A DNA stretch of 64,000 nucleotides from Candidatus Marinacidobacterales bacterium (GCA_965224085.1 CBDCYI010000005.1:480001-544000), one strand, 5' to 3'. Positions 20,956 to 30,404 are shown, numbered from the stretch's first letter. The notes: a model not told the origin generated them from the sequence alone. Made by a program: numbers and translations.

Positions 20956-21642
20956 TCAGAATGCCAGTGTCGGCGACGCCGCGTTGAGGACAGCGCGTTT
21001 GTCCGCCGATCCCCCGTCGAGCTCTTGGTCCAACGCGTCGAGAAGTGCCCGAAGATCTTCTTCCGCCGAAGCGTGTAACCCCTCGGCAACGACGAGGGCA
21101 CGGCGGGTCTCGGCGCTTACGGTGGACTTGCGACTCTGCCGGAAGGTCCAGCGTCGAGCGTGAGCGTGATCGGCCGCGTCCGCAAAGATGACTTCGCCCT
21201 CCGGAATAGTTTCCATCTCGCCACTCCACGCAAGGTAGGTCTCGGTGCCGTGGGCATGGCGCACTTCGAGGAACTCCTCCACCTGCGCGAGGTCGAAAAC
21301 CGCGACGGGAAGTGCTACGGCGAGGGACATCGCGTTACAGAGGTCGATGAGCGGGTGGAGTCGCGGCAGCTCACCCTCGCGCTTGAAGCGACGGAGGAGT
21401 GCCTCTGCGGCGGAGCGGTACTTCGTCGGCTTCAGGCCCATCTGTGAGTAAGCCCGGCGCCACGCTGCGATCTCCGGCATTTCGGCCTCCGGTCCCTTCT
21501 CCATGCGCGCCCGCGCTCGTCGAAGCCAGCGCTCGAGCCGATGCTCCAGGTCGACGATGGGCTCGACAGGGTCGAGCACCAGAACCGCGGGAACGAGTTG
21601 TGGGAACTCCCGCCAGAGTGTCTCGGAGTGACGGAAGTGCAT
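20956..21642 (-). CDS. Stand-alone B3/B4 (PheRS-beta editing) domain protein
   Basis: AWRRAYSQMGLKPTKYRSAAEALLRR, PLIDLCNAMSL, GEVIFAD, RRW. Confidence 0.88.
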   Translation of the reverse strand: MHFRHSETLWREFPQLVPAVLVLDPVEPIVDLEHRLERWLRRARARMEKGPEAEMPEIAAWRRAYSQMGLKPTKYRSAAEALLRRFKREGELPRLHPLIDLCNAMSLAVALPVAVFDLAQVEEFLEVRHAHGTETYLAWSGEMETIPEGEVIFADAADHAHARRWTFRQSRKSTVSAETRRALVVAEGLHASAEEDLRALLDALDQELDGGSADKRAVLNAASPTLAF

Positions 21643-21662
21643 CGCGGTTCCAGCTCAGCGGG

Positions 21663-22550
21663 TCAGCGCGTCAAGCTGAAATAGACGGCGCGCACCAAGC
21701 GCTCGCTGTTGCCCGTCCAATTTGCATCGAAGCTCGCATGCGGCTTGGCGGCGACGACCGCATCAATACTCTTACCCTCGTCCACCAGCGTCTGCACGCG
21801 GTCCCGAATCGTAGCGAGCATGTTCCGGTAGGCCAGCAAGTCTCTAGGGCCGGCGACCTCGCCGTGTCCGGGAATGATCTTCGTCGTGTCTTTCGTCATC
21901 TTCAGCACTCGATCGGCGGCGGCAATGATGCCTTTGACGTTTCCCCCCGCGTCGATGTCGATGAACGGATACATGCCGTTGAAAAAGACGTCACCCATGT
22001 GGAAGACGTCGGCTTCCGTAAAATGGATGATGGAGTCTCCGTCGGTGTGGGCGTGCTCGACGTGAAAGGCGCGGATCTCCTCGCTGTTCCAGTAAAACGT
22101 GACTTCGTCGGTGAAAGTAACCTTGGGCCAAGCGCCCGGCGGCGAGGCCGGCGTGCGATCTTGTCGCAAGATCGTTCTCACTTGCTCGGTGCTCAAACGT
22201 TTGCGCACGTTTTGGTGTGCGACGATGATGCTCCCCCGCTTCCCAAAGTTCTCGTTGCTGCCGGCGTGGTCTCCGTGCCAGTGCGTATTGACGAGAAATC
22301 GGACGGGGTCGTCGGTCACCGTGCGCACGGCGGCGACGATTTTGTCCGTGAGCGGAGCGTACTGATCGTCGACGAGAAACGTCCCATCCTCGCCCACGCA
22401 CAAACCGATATTGCCGCCGCGGCCGAAGATCACATTCACGGCGCCGCGGACGGGCGTGGCGCGCACCTCGACGGCGTCCCAGTCGATCTGCGCTCGAACG
22501 AGTCCGACGCTCAAAGCACTCGAGACAAGAAACGGAATGATAAGTCGCAC
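21663..22550 (-). CDS. Secreted MBL-fold metallo-hydrolase (cyclase-like)
   Basis: NTHWHGDHAGSN, AHTDGD, HMGD, IPGHG; signal peptide. Confidence 0.92.
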   Translation of the reverse strand: MRLIIPFLVSSALSVGLVRAQIDWDAVEVRATPVRGAVNVIFGRGGNIGLCVGEDGTFLVDDQYAPLTDKIVAAVRTVTDDPVRFLVNTHWHGDHAGSNENFGKRGSIIVAHQNVRKRLSTEQVRTILRQDRTPASPPGAWPKVTFTDEVTFYWNSEEIRAFHVEHAHTDGDSIIHFTEADVFHMGDVFFNGMYPFIDIDAGGNVKGIIAAADRVLKMTKDTTKIIPGHGEVAGPRDLLAYRNMLATIRDRVQTLVDEGKSIDAVVAAKPHASFDANWTGNSERLVRAVYFSLTR

Positions 22551-22609
22551 GCGTCACCTCTCTTCCACCGTGGGGAACGATATCATGGCGCGAGCTGCTT
22601 GCTAGTGAT

Positions 22610-23387
22610 CCACCATCGTCTCGCGTTGCGGTCGAGCTTCAGTCGTCCCGTGAAATCTGGGTGTACGACCTCGAACGTGGAACGCGAACACGTGTCACCG
22701 CGAGCGGAAGTGCAACCGACCCCGAGTGGACGCGAGACGGGACGCATATTTTGTTCTCATGGTTGCGAGACTCCGCAGCGGATTTCGATATTTACTCGAA
22801 GAGGGCCGACCGGAGTGGGGAGGCGGAGCTCGTTCTTTCGACCGTGGGGCATGCCTTTTAGCCGGAGCCGTCGCCCGACGGACAGTCCCTTGCCTATTTC
22901 TTGGGTCCGGGAAATGACGTGTGGGTGGCGCCTGCGGACGGCGAACCGGTGCGCTTCTTGGAAACCGCGTTCCGCGAGCACTCCGCGGTGATCTCACCCG
23001 ACGGCCGATTCCTCGCGCTCGTCTCCGACGATTCGGGTCGCAACGAGGTCTACGTGCATTCCTACCCGGACGCCCAGAGGCGATGGACCATCTCGAGCGC
23101 GGGCGGCACCGAGCCGGCCTAGTCGGTGGATGGCAGCGAGCTCTTCTACCGGAACGGTGACGAAATGATGGTTGTCGCGATCGAAACCGATCCCGAGCTC
23201 GACCCCGGTGTTCCGCGAGCTCTCTTTCGAAAAGCCTTTATCATGGGTCCGATCCCGAGCAACTACGACGTCTCGCCTGATGGTCAGCGATTCGTCAATG
23301 GTGGAGGGCGGAGCCGAAACGGCAGAGATTCGCATCGTCCTCAATTGGCTCGAAGAGCTCGAGCGGATCGCACCGTCGGGCAACTGA
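22610..23387 (+). pseudogene. Decayed C-terminal PD40/TolB-like propeller (as found on Ser/Thr kinases)
   Basis: IWVYDLERG, SPDG repeats, SDDSGRNEVYV, NYDVSPDGQRF, VLNWLEEL; two in-frame TAG stops and a frameshift. Confidence 0.85.
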
Positions 23388-23393
23388 CGCGAA

Positions 23394-25538
23394 TCAGTCG
23401 AGGCGGCTCCTGGACACTACGAAGGCGTGGAGCTCCAGAATCTGCTCGTTCGTAAGCAATGAGCCAAACGCGGGCATCGTCGTTCCCGGAACACCCGCGG
23501 CGGTCTTGTCGACGAAGCTCGATACCTCGCGCGTCGTGCCGAAGATATTCGGGCCGCTCCCGCCAGCGGATTTGTGGCAACCCACGCACCGGGCGCGACA
23601 CGTCCGCTCGGCCCGGCCCATCGCGTCGGCGTCTCCGATGAACGGATTTGCTGAGTTAGAGGAAGACTGCGTTGGCATGGGCGGGCCGGATCCGGTGATC
23701 GGCTCTGCGCCTTCGGTCGCGGGAAAGCCGTAGCCGGGCAAGACGCGGCCGCCGAGGGTATGGCCGGGTTCGCCGACTCTAGGTATGCCGCCCTCGAGGG
23801 TGACGAGGTTGCTTCCCGGACCGATCCTCGCCTGGCCGCCGCCGTCGATGGCGAAGACCCAGAGGTTTCCAGCCTTCGGCTCCGTGTAATAGAACGTCAT
23901 GTCGCCGCCGATGCCGCCGGAGGGGACGGCGAGATATTGCGTGCCGTCGAGCTCATAGGTAATGGGGCTTCCGATGATGCCCGAGCCTGTCTGGAACTGC
24001 CACAGCACGGTGCCGTTTCTTGCGTCGAGGGCCATGAAGTAGCCGCGCATGTATCCGGTGAAGACGAGCCCCGTTGACGTCGCTACCGCGCCGGCCCAAA
24101 AAGGCGCAGGGCTCACCGCACGCCAAACGACCTTCCGCTCGACGACGTCGAAGGCGACGAAGTTGCCGGGGTTGTCGCTTGTCATGTATTGCTGGTAGTC
24201 GGCGCCCAGATACCACTCGCCGTTCGTGGGCACCTCGAATTGGTCCTCTTCCCACATCTTGTAGCCCATGGCCCACTGGTTGGACATGAAGTACAAGTAT
24301 CGGAGGTCGGGGTTGTACGCGAGAGGCTGCCAATCGATCGCTCCTTCGAGGCTCGGGATGATGGGGCCGACTTCAGGGCCGCCCGAGAGCCCCACCATGT
24401 CCATGTTGATGTCGGGGCGACCGGTCTCGGGGTCGAGGCCGTGGGCCCAGTTGATGTCGGGCACGATGGGCTCGCCATAAATGAATTTTCCGTTCGTGCG
24501 ATCGAGCGCGTAGAAGAAGCCGTTCTTGTCGTGGTGGAAGAGCGCTTTGACGAGACCGTGATCGCCGAGCTCGACATCCGCGAGCAACGGCGTGCTCACG
24601 GCGTCGTAGTCCCAGCAGTCCCACGGGGTGTATTGGAAGCCCCACTCGATGTCGCCGCTATCCACGTCTATAGCGATCGTCGCGGCCGTCCATTTGTTGT
24701 CGCCCTTGCGGACGTGACAGTTCCAAGGCGCTGCGTTTCCCGTGTTCCAATAGACGAGGTTCAAGGCCGGATCGTAAACGCCTGTTGTCCACGTCGGTCC
24801 GCCGCCGTTTTTCCAAGTATCGCCGGGCCATGTGTCGTTGCCGGGCTCGCCTGGGCCGGGGATAGTATAGGCCGTCCACCGCAGCTCACCGGTCTTCGCG
24901 TCGAAAGCTTTGACGAAACCGCGTATGCCGAACTCGCCGCCGGCCACTCCCGTGAGAACCATGTCCTTTACCACGAGCGGCGCTCCCGTGATGCTGTAGC
25001 CTTGCCGCCAGTCGATGACTTGGGTCTCCCAAACGACGTCGCCGCTCTTCTTGTCGAGCGCGACCATGCGGGCATCCATCGTCCCTACGAGCACGAGCTC
25101 GCCCCAGAGCGCGACCCCGCGATTGATTGAGCCACAGCAATAGACGCGCTCGGATTCGTCCGAGAGCTCGGGGTCGTAGCTCCATAGCTTCGCGCCCGTG
25201 CGCGCGTCGAGCGCGAAAACGCGGGAGTCGTCTGCGGAGAGGTACATCACGCCTTCGTGGATCAAAGGCGTCGCTTCCAAACCGCGATTGTCGCCTCCTG
25301 TCGTGAACACCCATGCGGGGTGGAGCCGGTCGACGTTCGCCGGCGTGATTTGATCGAGGTCGACGAAGCGCTGGCCGGAATAGTCACGGCCATAGGTGAG
25401 CCATGACGCGTTGTCGTGAGCGGCGTTCTCGAGATGCTCGGTCGTAACCGGCTGCGCGAACAACGTCGAGCAGGAGAGAGCGAGTAGCAGGAACATGTTG
25501 GCGACGAGTGAAAACGAGTGCGATTCAGAAGAGTCCAT
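23394..25538 (-). CDS. PQQ-dependent alcohol dehydrogenase with C-terminal cytochrome c
   Basis: EATP, vicinal CC (YCCGSINRG), GGEFGIRG, TGN, WDYD, GSPITY; haem motif CVGCH and MPAF. Confidence 0.9.
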   Translation of the reverse strand: MDSSESHSFSLVANMFLLLALSCSTLFAQPVTTEHLENAAHDNASWLTYGRDYSGQRFVDLDQITPANVDRLHPAWVFTTGGDNRGLEATPLIHEGVMYLSADDSRVFALDARTGAKLWSYDPELSDESERVYCCGSINRGVALWGELVLVGTMDARMVALDKKSGDVVWETQVIDWRQGYSITGAPLVVKDMVLTGVAGGEFGIRGFVKAFDAKTGELRWTAYTIPGPGEPGNDTWPGDTWKNGGGPTWTTGVYDPALNLVYWNTGNAAPWNCHVRKGDNKWTAATIAIDVDSGDIEWGFQYTPWDCWDYDAVSTPLLADVELGDHGLVKALFHHDKNGFFYALDRTNGKFIYGEPIVPDINWAHGLDPETGRPDINMDMVGLSGGPEVGPIIPSLEGAIDWQPLAYNPDLRYLYFMSNQWAMGYKMWEEDQFEVPTNGEWYLGADYQQYMTSDNPGNFVAFDVVERKVVWRAVSPAPFWAGAVATSTGLVFTGYMRGYFMALDARNGTVLWQFQTGSGIIGSPITYELDGTQYLAVPSGGIGGDMTFYYTEPKAGNLWVFAIDGGGQARIGPGSNLVTLEGGIPRVGEPGHTLGGRVLPGYGFPATEGAEPITGSGPPMPTQSSSNSANPFIGDADAMGRAERTCRARCVGCHKSAGGSGPNIFGTTREVSSFVDKTAAGVPGTTMPAFGSLLTNEQILELHAFVVSRSRLD

Positions 25539-25583
25539 GAGCTAGAGTGTCTCAAAAATACTTTGTCCTTGTTTCTCTCTCGG

Positions 25584-26156
25584 TTACGTTCTCGCTTCGG
25601 CGATGGCGCGCTCCAACAAATCTAGCACCTTTAGCTCAGAAGCCCACTTATCGAGATATTCCATGTTGAGATGCCCTTCTTTGACGCTTAGCACGCCAAT
25701 GACATCTTGCCATTGGCGCTCCGATACCTCCCCGCCGTTTCGATACCAGTGGATTTTGTGAAGCACAATATCCTCAGCGCTCGTGACATAGAAGGTGTCG
25801 TTCTCCGTCAAGTGCTCGAGCTTTCTTCTCTCGAGCGACGATCTTTTGAAGGCATCCGAGCCGGAGACGAACACGTCTACTTTGAACATCGTTTGGAAGT
25901 GTATGGCGTTGAACGAGGAGCCTTTTTTAGCCGCGGCGAGTGCCCTTACCTTAGGAATGTAGTAGTCAGGTTCGAGCTCCGCAACGAGCGCGTCGACTTG
26001 TTCGGGTACGAGTGACGTCAACACGTCGACATCGAGACTGGATCGTGCGACGCCATGAACGGAGCTGGCGACAGAACCACCCAACTGATATTCGATACCC
26101 AACTCCTCGAGCGTCTCGATCAGCGGGACGAGAGCTCCAAGAAGTCTCGGATCCAT
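25584..26156 (-). CDS. Nucleotidyltransferase-fold protein (putative toxin)
   Basis: LGGSVASSVHGVARSSLDVDV (GS..DxD), KVDVF, EDIVLHK, RQWQD. Confidence 0.8.
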   Translation of the reverse strand: MDPRLLGALVPLIETLEELGIEYQLGGSVASSVHGVARSSLDVDVLTSLVPEQVDALVAELEPDYYIPKVRALAAAKKGSSFNAIHFQTMFKVDVFVSGSDAFKRSSLERRKLEHLTENDTFYVTSAEDIVLHKIHWYRNGGEVSERQWQDVIGVLSVKEGHLNMEYLDKWASELKVLDLLERAIAEART

Positions 26157-26416
26157 TATTCGGACTGGGGCTTTGCGAAGTGATCCCGGAGCTCTTTCTC
26201 GAGCTCGGAGCCATAATGGAGGCTCACCCACTCGAGAAGAATTTCTCGCTCCGAGGCTTGTGGCCGCTTTTTTCGAAGGGCGCGTCTCGAAAGCATGACG
26301 ACCGACGTAGTGAGGGCATCCATGAGCGCGAAGCGTTCGCGGACAGACGCGTTTCGCAGAAGCCGAAGCATCTCGGCCTCGGTCTCTGGATCGGTGTCGG
26401 CCCACAGCGGTTTCAT
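26156..26416 (-). CDS. Small helical protein, putative antitoxin
   Basis: 86 aa; TAATG translational coupling to the NTase gene; DTDPE...RRALRKKRPQASEREI. Confidence 0.7.
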   Translation of the reverse strand: MKPLWADTDPETEAEMLRLLRNASVRERFALMDALTTSVVMLSRRALRKKRPQASEREILLEWVSLHYGSELEKELRDHFAKPQSE

Positions 26417-26480
26417 CGGCGAATTGTAACGACTTCCGGGGTCTTCGGAAAGCGCGCCATCCCGCGATAAACTACGACTC

Positions 26481-26973
26481 GTGATCGATATTCGCGAAGA
26501 GCGAGCGGAGGACGATTCCGGCGTGCGGCGTGTCAACACGGAGGCTTTTGGCCAGCCGGACGAAGCCGACATCGTCGACGCGCTTCGAAACGGCGACGCG
26601 GATCGTCTCTCTCTCGTTGCGCGCGACGGCGACGACGTTATCGGGCATATTCTCTTCACCCCCTGCGACACTGGAACACGTCGAGGGGAAGGGGCTCGCG
26701 CCGATGGCTGTGCTCCCGGATCGACAACGCGACGGGATAGGCTCGAAGCTTGTACGCCGTGGGCTCGATGAGCTGCGCGAGCGGAACTGCCCATTCGTCA
26801 TCGTTCTTGGCCACCCCGAATATTACCCGCGCTTTGGATTCGAGCCCGCGAGCAAGCGCGGCGTCCGGTGCAAGTGGGAGGTTCCGGACGAAGTCTTCAT
26901 GATTCTCGTTCTCGACGAGGCGGCGATGGCTGGCGTCTCTGGTCTCGCGCACTACCGGAGCGAGTTCGGGTGA
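26481..26973 (+). pseudogene. GNAT acetyltransferase (YhbS-like) with +1 frameshift
   Basis: IREE..AFGQPDEADIVDALR..GHILFTP / LAPMAVLPDRQRDGIGSKL..VLGHPEYYPRFGF; extra C in the run at 26659-26663 (may be a sequencing error). Confidence 0.8.
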
Positions 26974-27791
26974 AGCTCTTTGCTCTCAGCGATCTTCACG
27001 TAGGATTCAAAGAAAATCGTGAAGCGCTCGAAACGCTCGGCGCGCATCCCGACGACTGGCTGATTCTCGGTGGCGATCTCGGGGAAACACTCGAACATCT
27101 AGAGATCGTTCTCGAGATAACGACCGAGCGCTTCGCTCGCGTCTTTTGGGTGCCCGGTAATCACGAGCTCTGGACTCATCCGCGTGACGGGCCGCGCGGG
27201 GCTGCCAAATACGACGCGCTCGTCCAGTTGTGTCGCGACTATGACGTCGTGACGCCCGAGGACCCGTTCGTCGTTTGGGAAGGGGAGGGTCGTCCCTGCG
27301 CGCTCGCGCCGCTTTTTCTGCTCTACGATTACTCGTTCCGTCCCGACGACGTCGCGGCGGAGGACGCTCTTGATTGGGCGGCCGAGGCGGGCATCATGTG
27401 CGCCGACGAGCGTTATCTACATCCTGCGCCGCACGCGAGCCGGGAGGCATGGTGCCGCGCGCGCTGCGACGCGGCCGAGGCGCGGCTATCGGAAGCTGCG
27501 GCTCAGCATCCGCTCGTCATCATCAATCACTTCCCGTTGCGCGAGGAGCTCGTGCGTCTCTGGCGCATCCCGCGCTTTTCGCTATGGTGCGGGACGAAGC
27601 GCACAGAGGACTGGCACCGACGCTTTCGCGCGAAAGTGGTCGTGTACGGCCATCTGCACATGCGCGCCACCGATTGGATCGATGGTGTGCGCTTCGAGGA
27701 AGTCTCGCTCGGCTACCCGAAGCACTGGCGTGTGGAGGACGGCATGGACGCCTATTTGCGGGAGATTCTTCCCGGCCCTTCCGCTACTTGA
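26970..27791 (+). CDS. Calcineurin-like metallophosphoesterase, PptH-like (phosphopantetheinyl carrier-protein hydrolase)
   Basis: SDLH, GD, VPGNHELWT, VVTPEDPF, LYDYSF, NHFP, FSLWCGT, YGHLH, RFEEVSLGYP, as recalled for mycobacterial PptH. Confidence 0.85.
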   Translation: MKLFALSDLHVGFKENREALETLGAHPDDWLILGGDLGETLEHLEIVLEITTERFARVFWVPGNHELWTHPRDGPRGAAKYDALVQLCRDYDVVTPEDPFVVWEGEGRPCALAPLFLLYDYSFRPDDVAAEDALDWAAEAGIMCADERYLHPAPHASREAWCRARCDAAEARLSEAAAQHPLVIINHFPLREELVRLWRIPRFSLWCGTKRTEDWHRRFRAKVVVYGHLHMRATDWIDGVRFEEVSLGYPKHWRVEDGMDAYLREILPGPSAT

Positions 27792-28482
27792 GCGGCACGA
27801 CGTTGCGCATGACGAGGCGCACGTCTTCGCCGGCCTTGCACCGGAAGCTAGCGGCGACCGCGTGCCGGCGGCCATAGGATAGTGCCGTGAACTGCCAGCT
27901 TTCGGCGTCATCCTCGAGCCGCGGGTCGAACGCTATCGAGATGGCGTGGCCGAACAAGCCTATATTGAAAGAGAAGTACGACAGAGGGATCGCAAGGCCC
28001 ATCCCGCGCGCTTTGATGTAAGACTCCTTCAGCGTCCAGTACAGAAAGAATCGATCGAGCCGTTCTTTCTCGGGAAGCTTTCTAAGCGCCGCCACTTCCG
28101 TCGGTGAGAAAAACCGGTGGGCGACATCGAGAAGCTTGCCGGTCCTCTCCCGATCTTCGACGTCGACGCCAATTTCGCGCTCGCGCGCGACGATACATGC
28201 GATGAGACCGTTCGTGTGCGAGAGGTTGAATTTGAGCGATCGCGCGCCTTCGGGCTCCGCGATCTCTGGCCGCCCGTGGTCGTTCGTTACGAAGCGCCAG
28301 TCCTTCGGGTCGACGTCTTCGTAGCGGGACAACACCGTGCGGACGAGCGCTCGCGTAACGAGGCAGTTGTGCTGGTCTTTCTCGAAATGAAAGCGATCGC
28401 GTTTGACGCGCTCGTCATGCGTCAAGAGCGCGTCATAGGCACGAAGAAGCTCGGGGTCTCGTATGCGCTCCGGCTCGACCAT
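27784..28482 (-). CDS. Sfp-type 4'-phosphopantetheinyl transferase
   Basis: GRP, FNLSHT, IGVDVE, FFSPTE, WTLKESYIKARGMGL; true start may be slightly upstream. Confidence 0.93.
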   Translation of the reverse strand: MVEPERIRDPELLRAYDALLTHDERVKRDRFHFEKDQHNCLVTRALVRTVLSRYEDVDPKDWRFVTNDHGRPEIAEPEGARSLKFNLSHTNGLIACIVAREREIGVDVEDRERTGKLLDVAHRFFSPTEVAALRKLPEKERLDRFFLYWTLKESYIKARGMGLAIPLSYFSFNIGLFGHAISIAFDPRLEDDAESWQFTALSYGRRHAVAASFRCKAGEDVRLVMRNVVPLK

Positions 28483-28501
28483 CCAGAGATGGGCTTCGTG
28501 C

Positions 28502-30226
28502 TCACCGAGCTTCGTACTTCACCTCGCCTCCAATGATCGTGTAGACGACTTCCGTGTCTCGGATCTCGTCGTCCGGGATCGTGAGGATGTCTTTGGAGAG
28601 TACGGTGATGTCGGCGTACTTGCCCGGCGTGAGCGTTCCTTTCACGTCTTCTTCGAACGCCGCGTGAGCGTTATTGATGGTGTAGGACTCGAGCGCTTGC
28701 ACGCGCGTCATCGCTTCGTCGGCGTTAAAGATGGAGCCGTCGGGGAGGCGCCGAGTCACCGAGCAATCGAAGCTCGCGATCGGATCGATCTCTTCCACCG
28801 GTGGGTCGGTGCCGTTTTGCACGATGGCGCCGGAGTCGATCATCGAGCGGTAGATGTAGCCGCGCTCGCGCGTTCGCTCGTCGCCGAGTCGCTCGTCCAC
28901 CCACGGCCCGTCGGAGCACGCGAAGATGCCTTGGATACCAGGGATGACGCCGAGCTCCGCGAAGCGAGGAAGATCGTGGGGGTGGATCACTTGGGCATGC
29001 TCGATGCGCCATCTCAGATCCGCTTTCTCCGGATGGTTCTCGAACTCTCGCTCGTAGATGTTGAAGAGCTCGCGCGCGGCGCGGTCGCCGATCCCTTGGA
29101 TGGCCATTTGATAATCGTGCTCGATGGCGAGCGCGGCTGACGCTTCGATCTCGATCACCGGGGTTACTTCGAAGCCGACGCTTCTGGGTAGATCGGTGTA
29201 AGGATCGAGAAGCCAGCCGCCATGGGTGCCGAGCGCGCCGTCGAGGACTTTCTCGCCGATGGTGCGGATCGTGAGAAAGCCGCCGCCATAGCCGACGAGG
29301 CGGTAGTCGTCGAGCTTGTCTTTCATGTCTTCCGCGGTCTCTTGGATCGCCATATAGAGGCGGAGCGGCAAATTGCCTTCGTCGGCCATCGTCTTCAGGA
29401 GGTCGAGCGTCTCGAAGCTCGAGCCCATGTCGTGGAAGCTCGTGATACCGTTTTTTAGCGCGTCCTCGGCTGCGAGTGCTATTTGGTGGCGGCTCACGCG
29501 GTCGACCTCCTCGGGCGAACGCTCAGCCCGATAGTCGGCGAGTGCTTGGCGCGCGGGGTCCGCGGAGCCTTCCCGCAGCATCCCGATGGCGTTGCCATCG
29601 GCGTCCCGGACGATCTCACCGCCCGACGGGTCTTGGCTGTCACGGGTGATGCCGGCGGCCTCCATCGCTTTCGCGTTGACGAAGACGCCGTGGCCGCTCG
29701 TGTGGCTCAGGAATACCGGGTTTTCGGGGCTCACGGCGCTCAAGCTGTCATGGGTGGGGAGTCCCTCAACGCTCGGGGTCGGGCGCTGTTCCCATTTGTC
29801 CTGGTGCCAGCCTCGCCCGACGATCCACTGCCCCGGCTCCACTTCGGACACGGCTTCTTCGACCATGGCGACGATGTGATCCCAGTCCTTCGCGTGACGG
29901 AGGTCGAGCTCCATGAGCGAGGCGCCGTAGCTCATCCAGTGGCCGTGGCCTTCGATGAGGCCGGGAATCGCGAGCCGGCCGTCGAGGTCGATAACTCGTG
30001 TGTCGTCACCGATATAGGCTTCGATTGCCTCGTCGGCGCCGAGTGCTACAATCCAGTCCCCGCGGGCGGCGAGCGCTTGTGCCTCCGGCAAGGACTCGTC
30101 GACGGTGACGATTTTCCCGCCGCGCAGGACGAGGTCGGCGGGCTCGGTGCCGTCTCCGCCGCCGGTGCAAGCCGGGAGCGAGAGGATCCAGAGGATCCAA
30201 AGGACGCAAATTCGTTGATATTTCAT
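28502..30226 (-). CDS. Amidohydrolase 3 (YtcJ-like) lipoprotein
   Basis: Lipobox LPAC, PGLIEGHGH, DGALG, IGD, RIEHAQ, GTD, GTLTPGKYAD. Confidence 0.92.
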   Translation of the reverse strand: MKYQRICVLWILWILSLPACTGGGDGTEPADLVLRGGKIVTVDESLPEAQALAARGDWIVALGADEAIEAYIGDDTRVIDLDGRLAIPGLIEGHGHWMSYGASLMELDLRHAKDWDHIVAMVEEAVSEVEPGQWIVGRGWHQDKWEQRPTPSVEGLPTHDSLSAVSPENPVFLSHTSGHGVFVNAKAMEAAGITRDSQDPSGGEIVRDADGNAIGMLREGSADPARQALADYRAERSPEEVDRVSRHQIALAAEDALKNGITSFHDMGSSFETLDLLKTMADEGNLPLRLYMAIQETAEDMKDKLDDYRLVGYGGGFLTIRTIGEKVLDGALGTHGGWLLDPYTDLPRSVGFEVTPVIEIEASAALAIEHDYQMAIQGIGDRAARELFNIYEREFENHPEKADLRWRIEHAQVIHPHDLPRFAELGVIPGIQGIFACSDGPWVDERLGDERTRERGYIYRSMIDSGAIVQNGTDPPVEEIDPIASFDCSVTRRLPDGSIFNADEAMTRVQALESYTINNAHAAFEEDVKGTLTPGKYADITVLSKDILTIPDDEIRDTEVVYTIIGGEVKYEAR

Positions 30227-30274
30227 GGTTGCCGAGTCTACAACACGCGGAGCGTGCGTAGCATCCCGGACATC

Positions 30275-30302
30275 TTGACACCGTTCCGCCAAGCGCTATA
30301 CT
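30275..30302 (+). promoter_or_regulatory. Sigma70 promoter of the ilv leader
   Basis: TTGACA-16nt-TATACT. Confidence 0.8.
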
Positions 30303-30318
30303 GAAAGCAACAGAAATC

Positions 30319-30384
30319 ATGAACGGCCAACGCTTCGACATCACGAGCATCGTCATTATTAGCGGGAGGTGCGGTCCTCCCTAG
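30319..30384 (+). CDS. ilv operon leader peptide (21 aa, Ile/Val cluster)
   Basis: MNGQRFDITSIVIISGRCGPP*; lies between the promoter and terminator upstream of ilvG. Confidence 0.75.
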   Translation: MNGQRFDITSIVIISGRCGPP

Positions 30385-30404
30385 GCATCTATCGAAGCCT
30401 AACG

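Noticed and set aside
21399-22991. Long overlapping ORFs (530 aa here; also 8041-9261, 17446-18627, 30709-32214, 62586-63728)
   Set aside because: Antisense or shadow frames of recognisable genes in GC-rich DNA, with no motifs.
22850-23125. In-frame TAG (and TGA at about 9610) as stop-codon recoding
   Set aside because: They fall in truncated or frameshifted remnants, two at Trp positions (single G->A changes); intact genes end normally in TAG/TGA.
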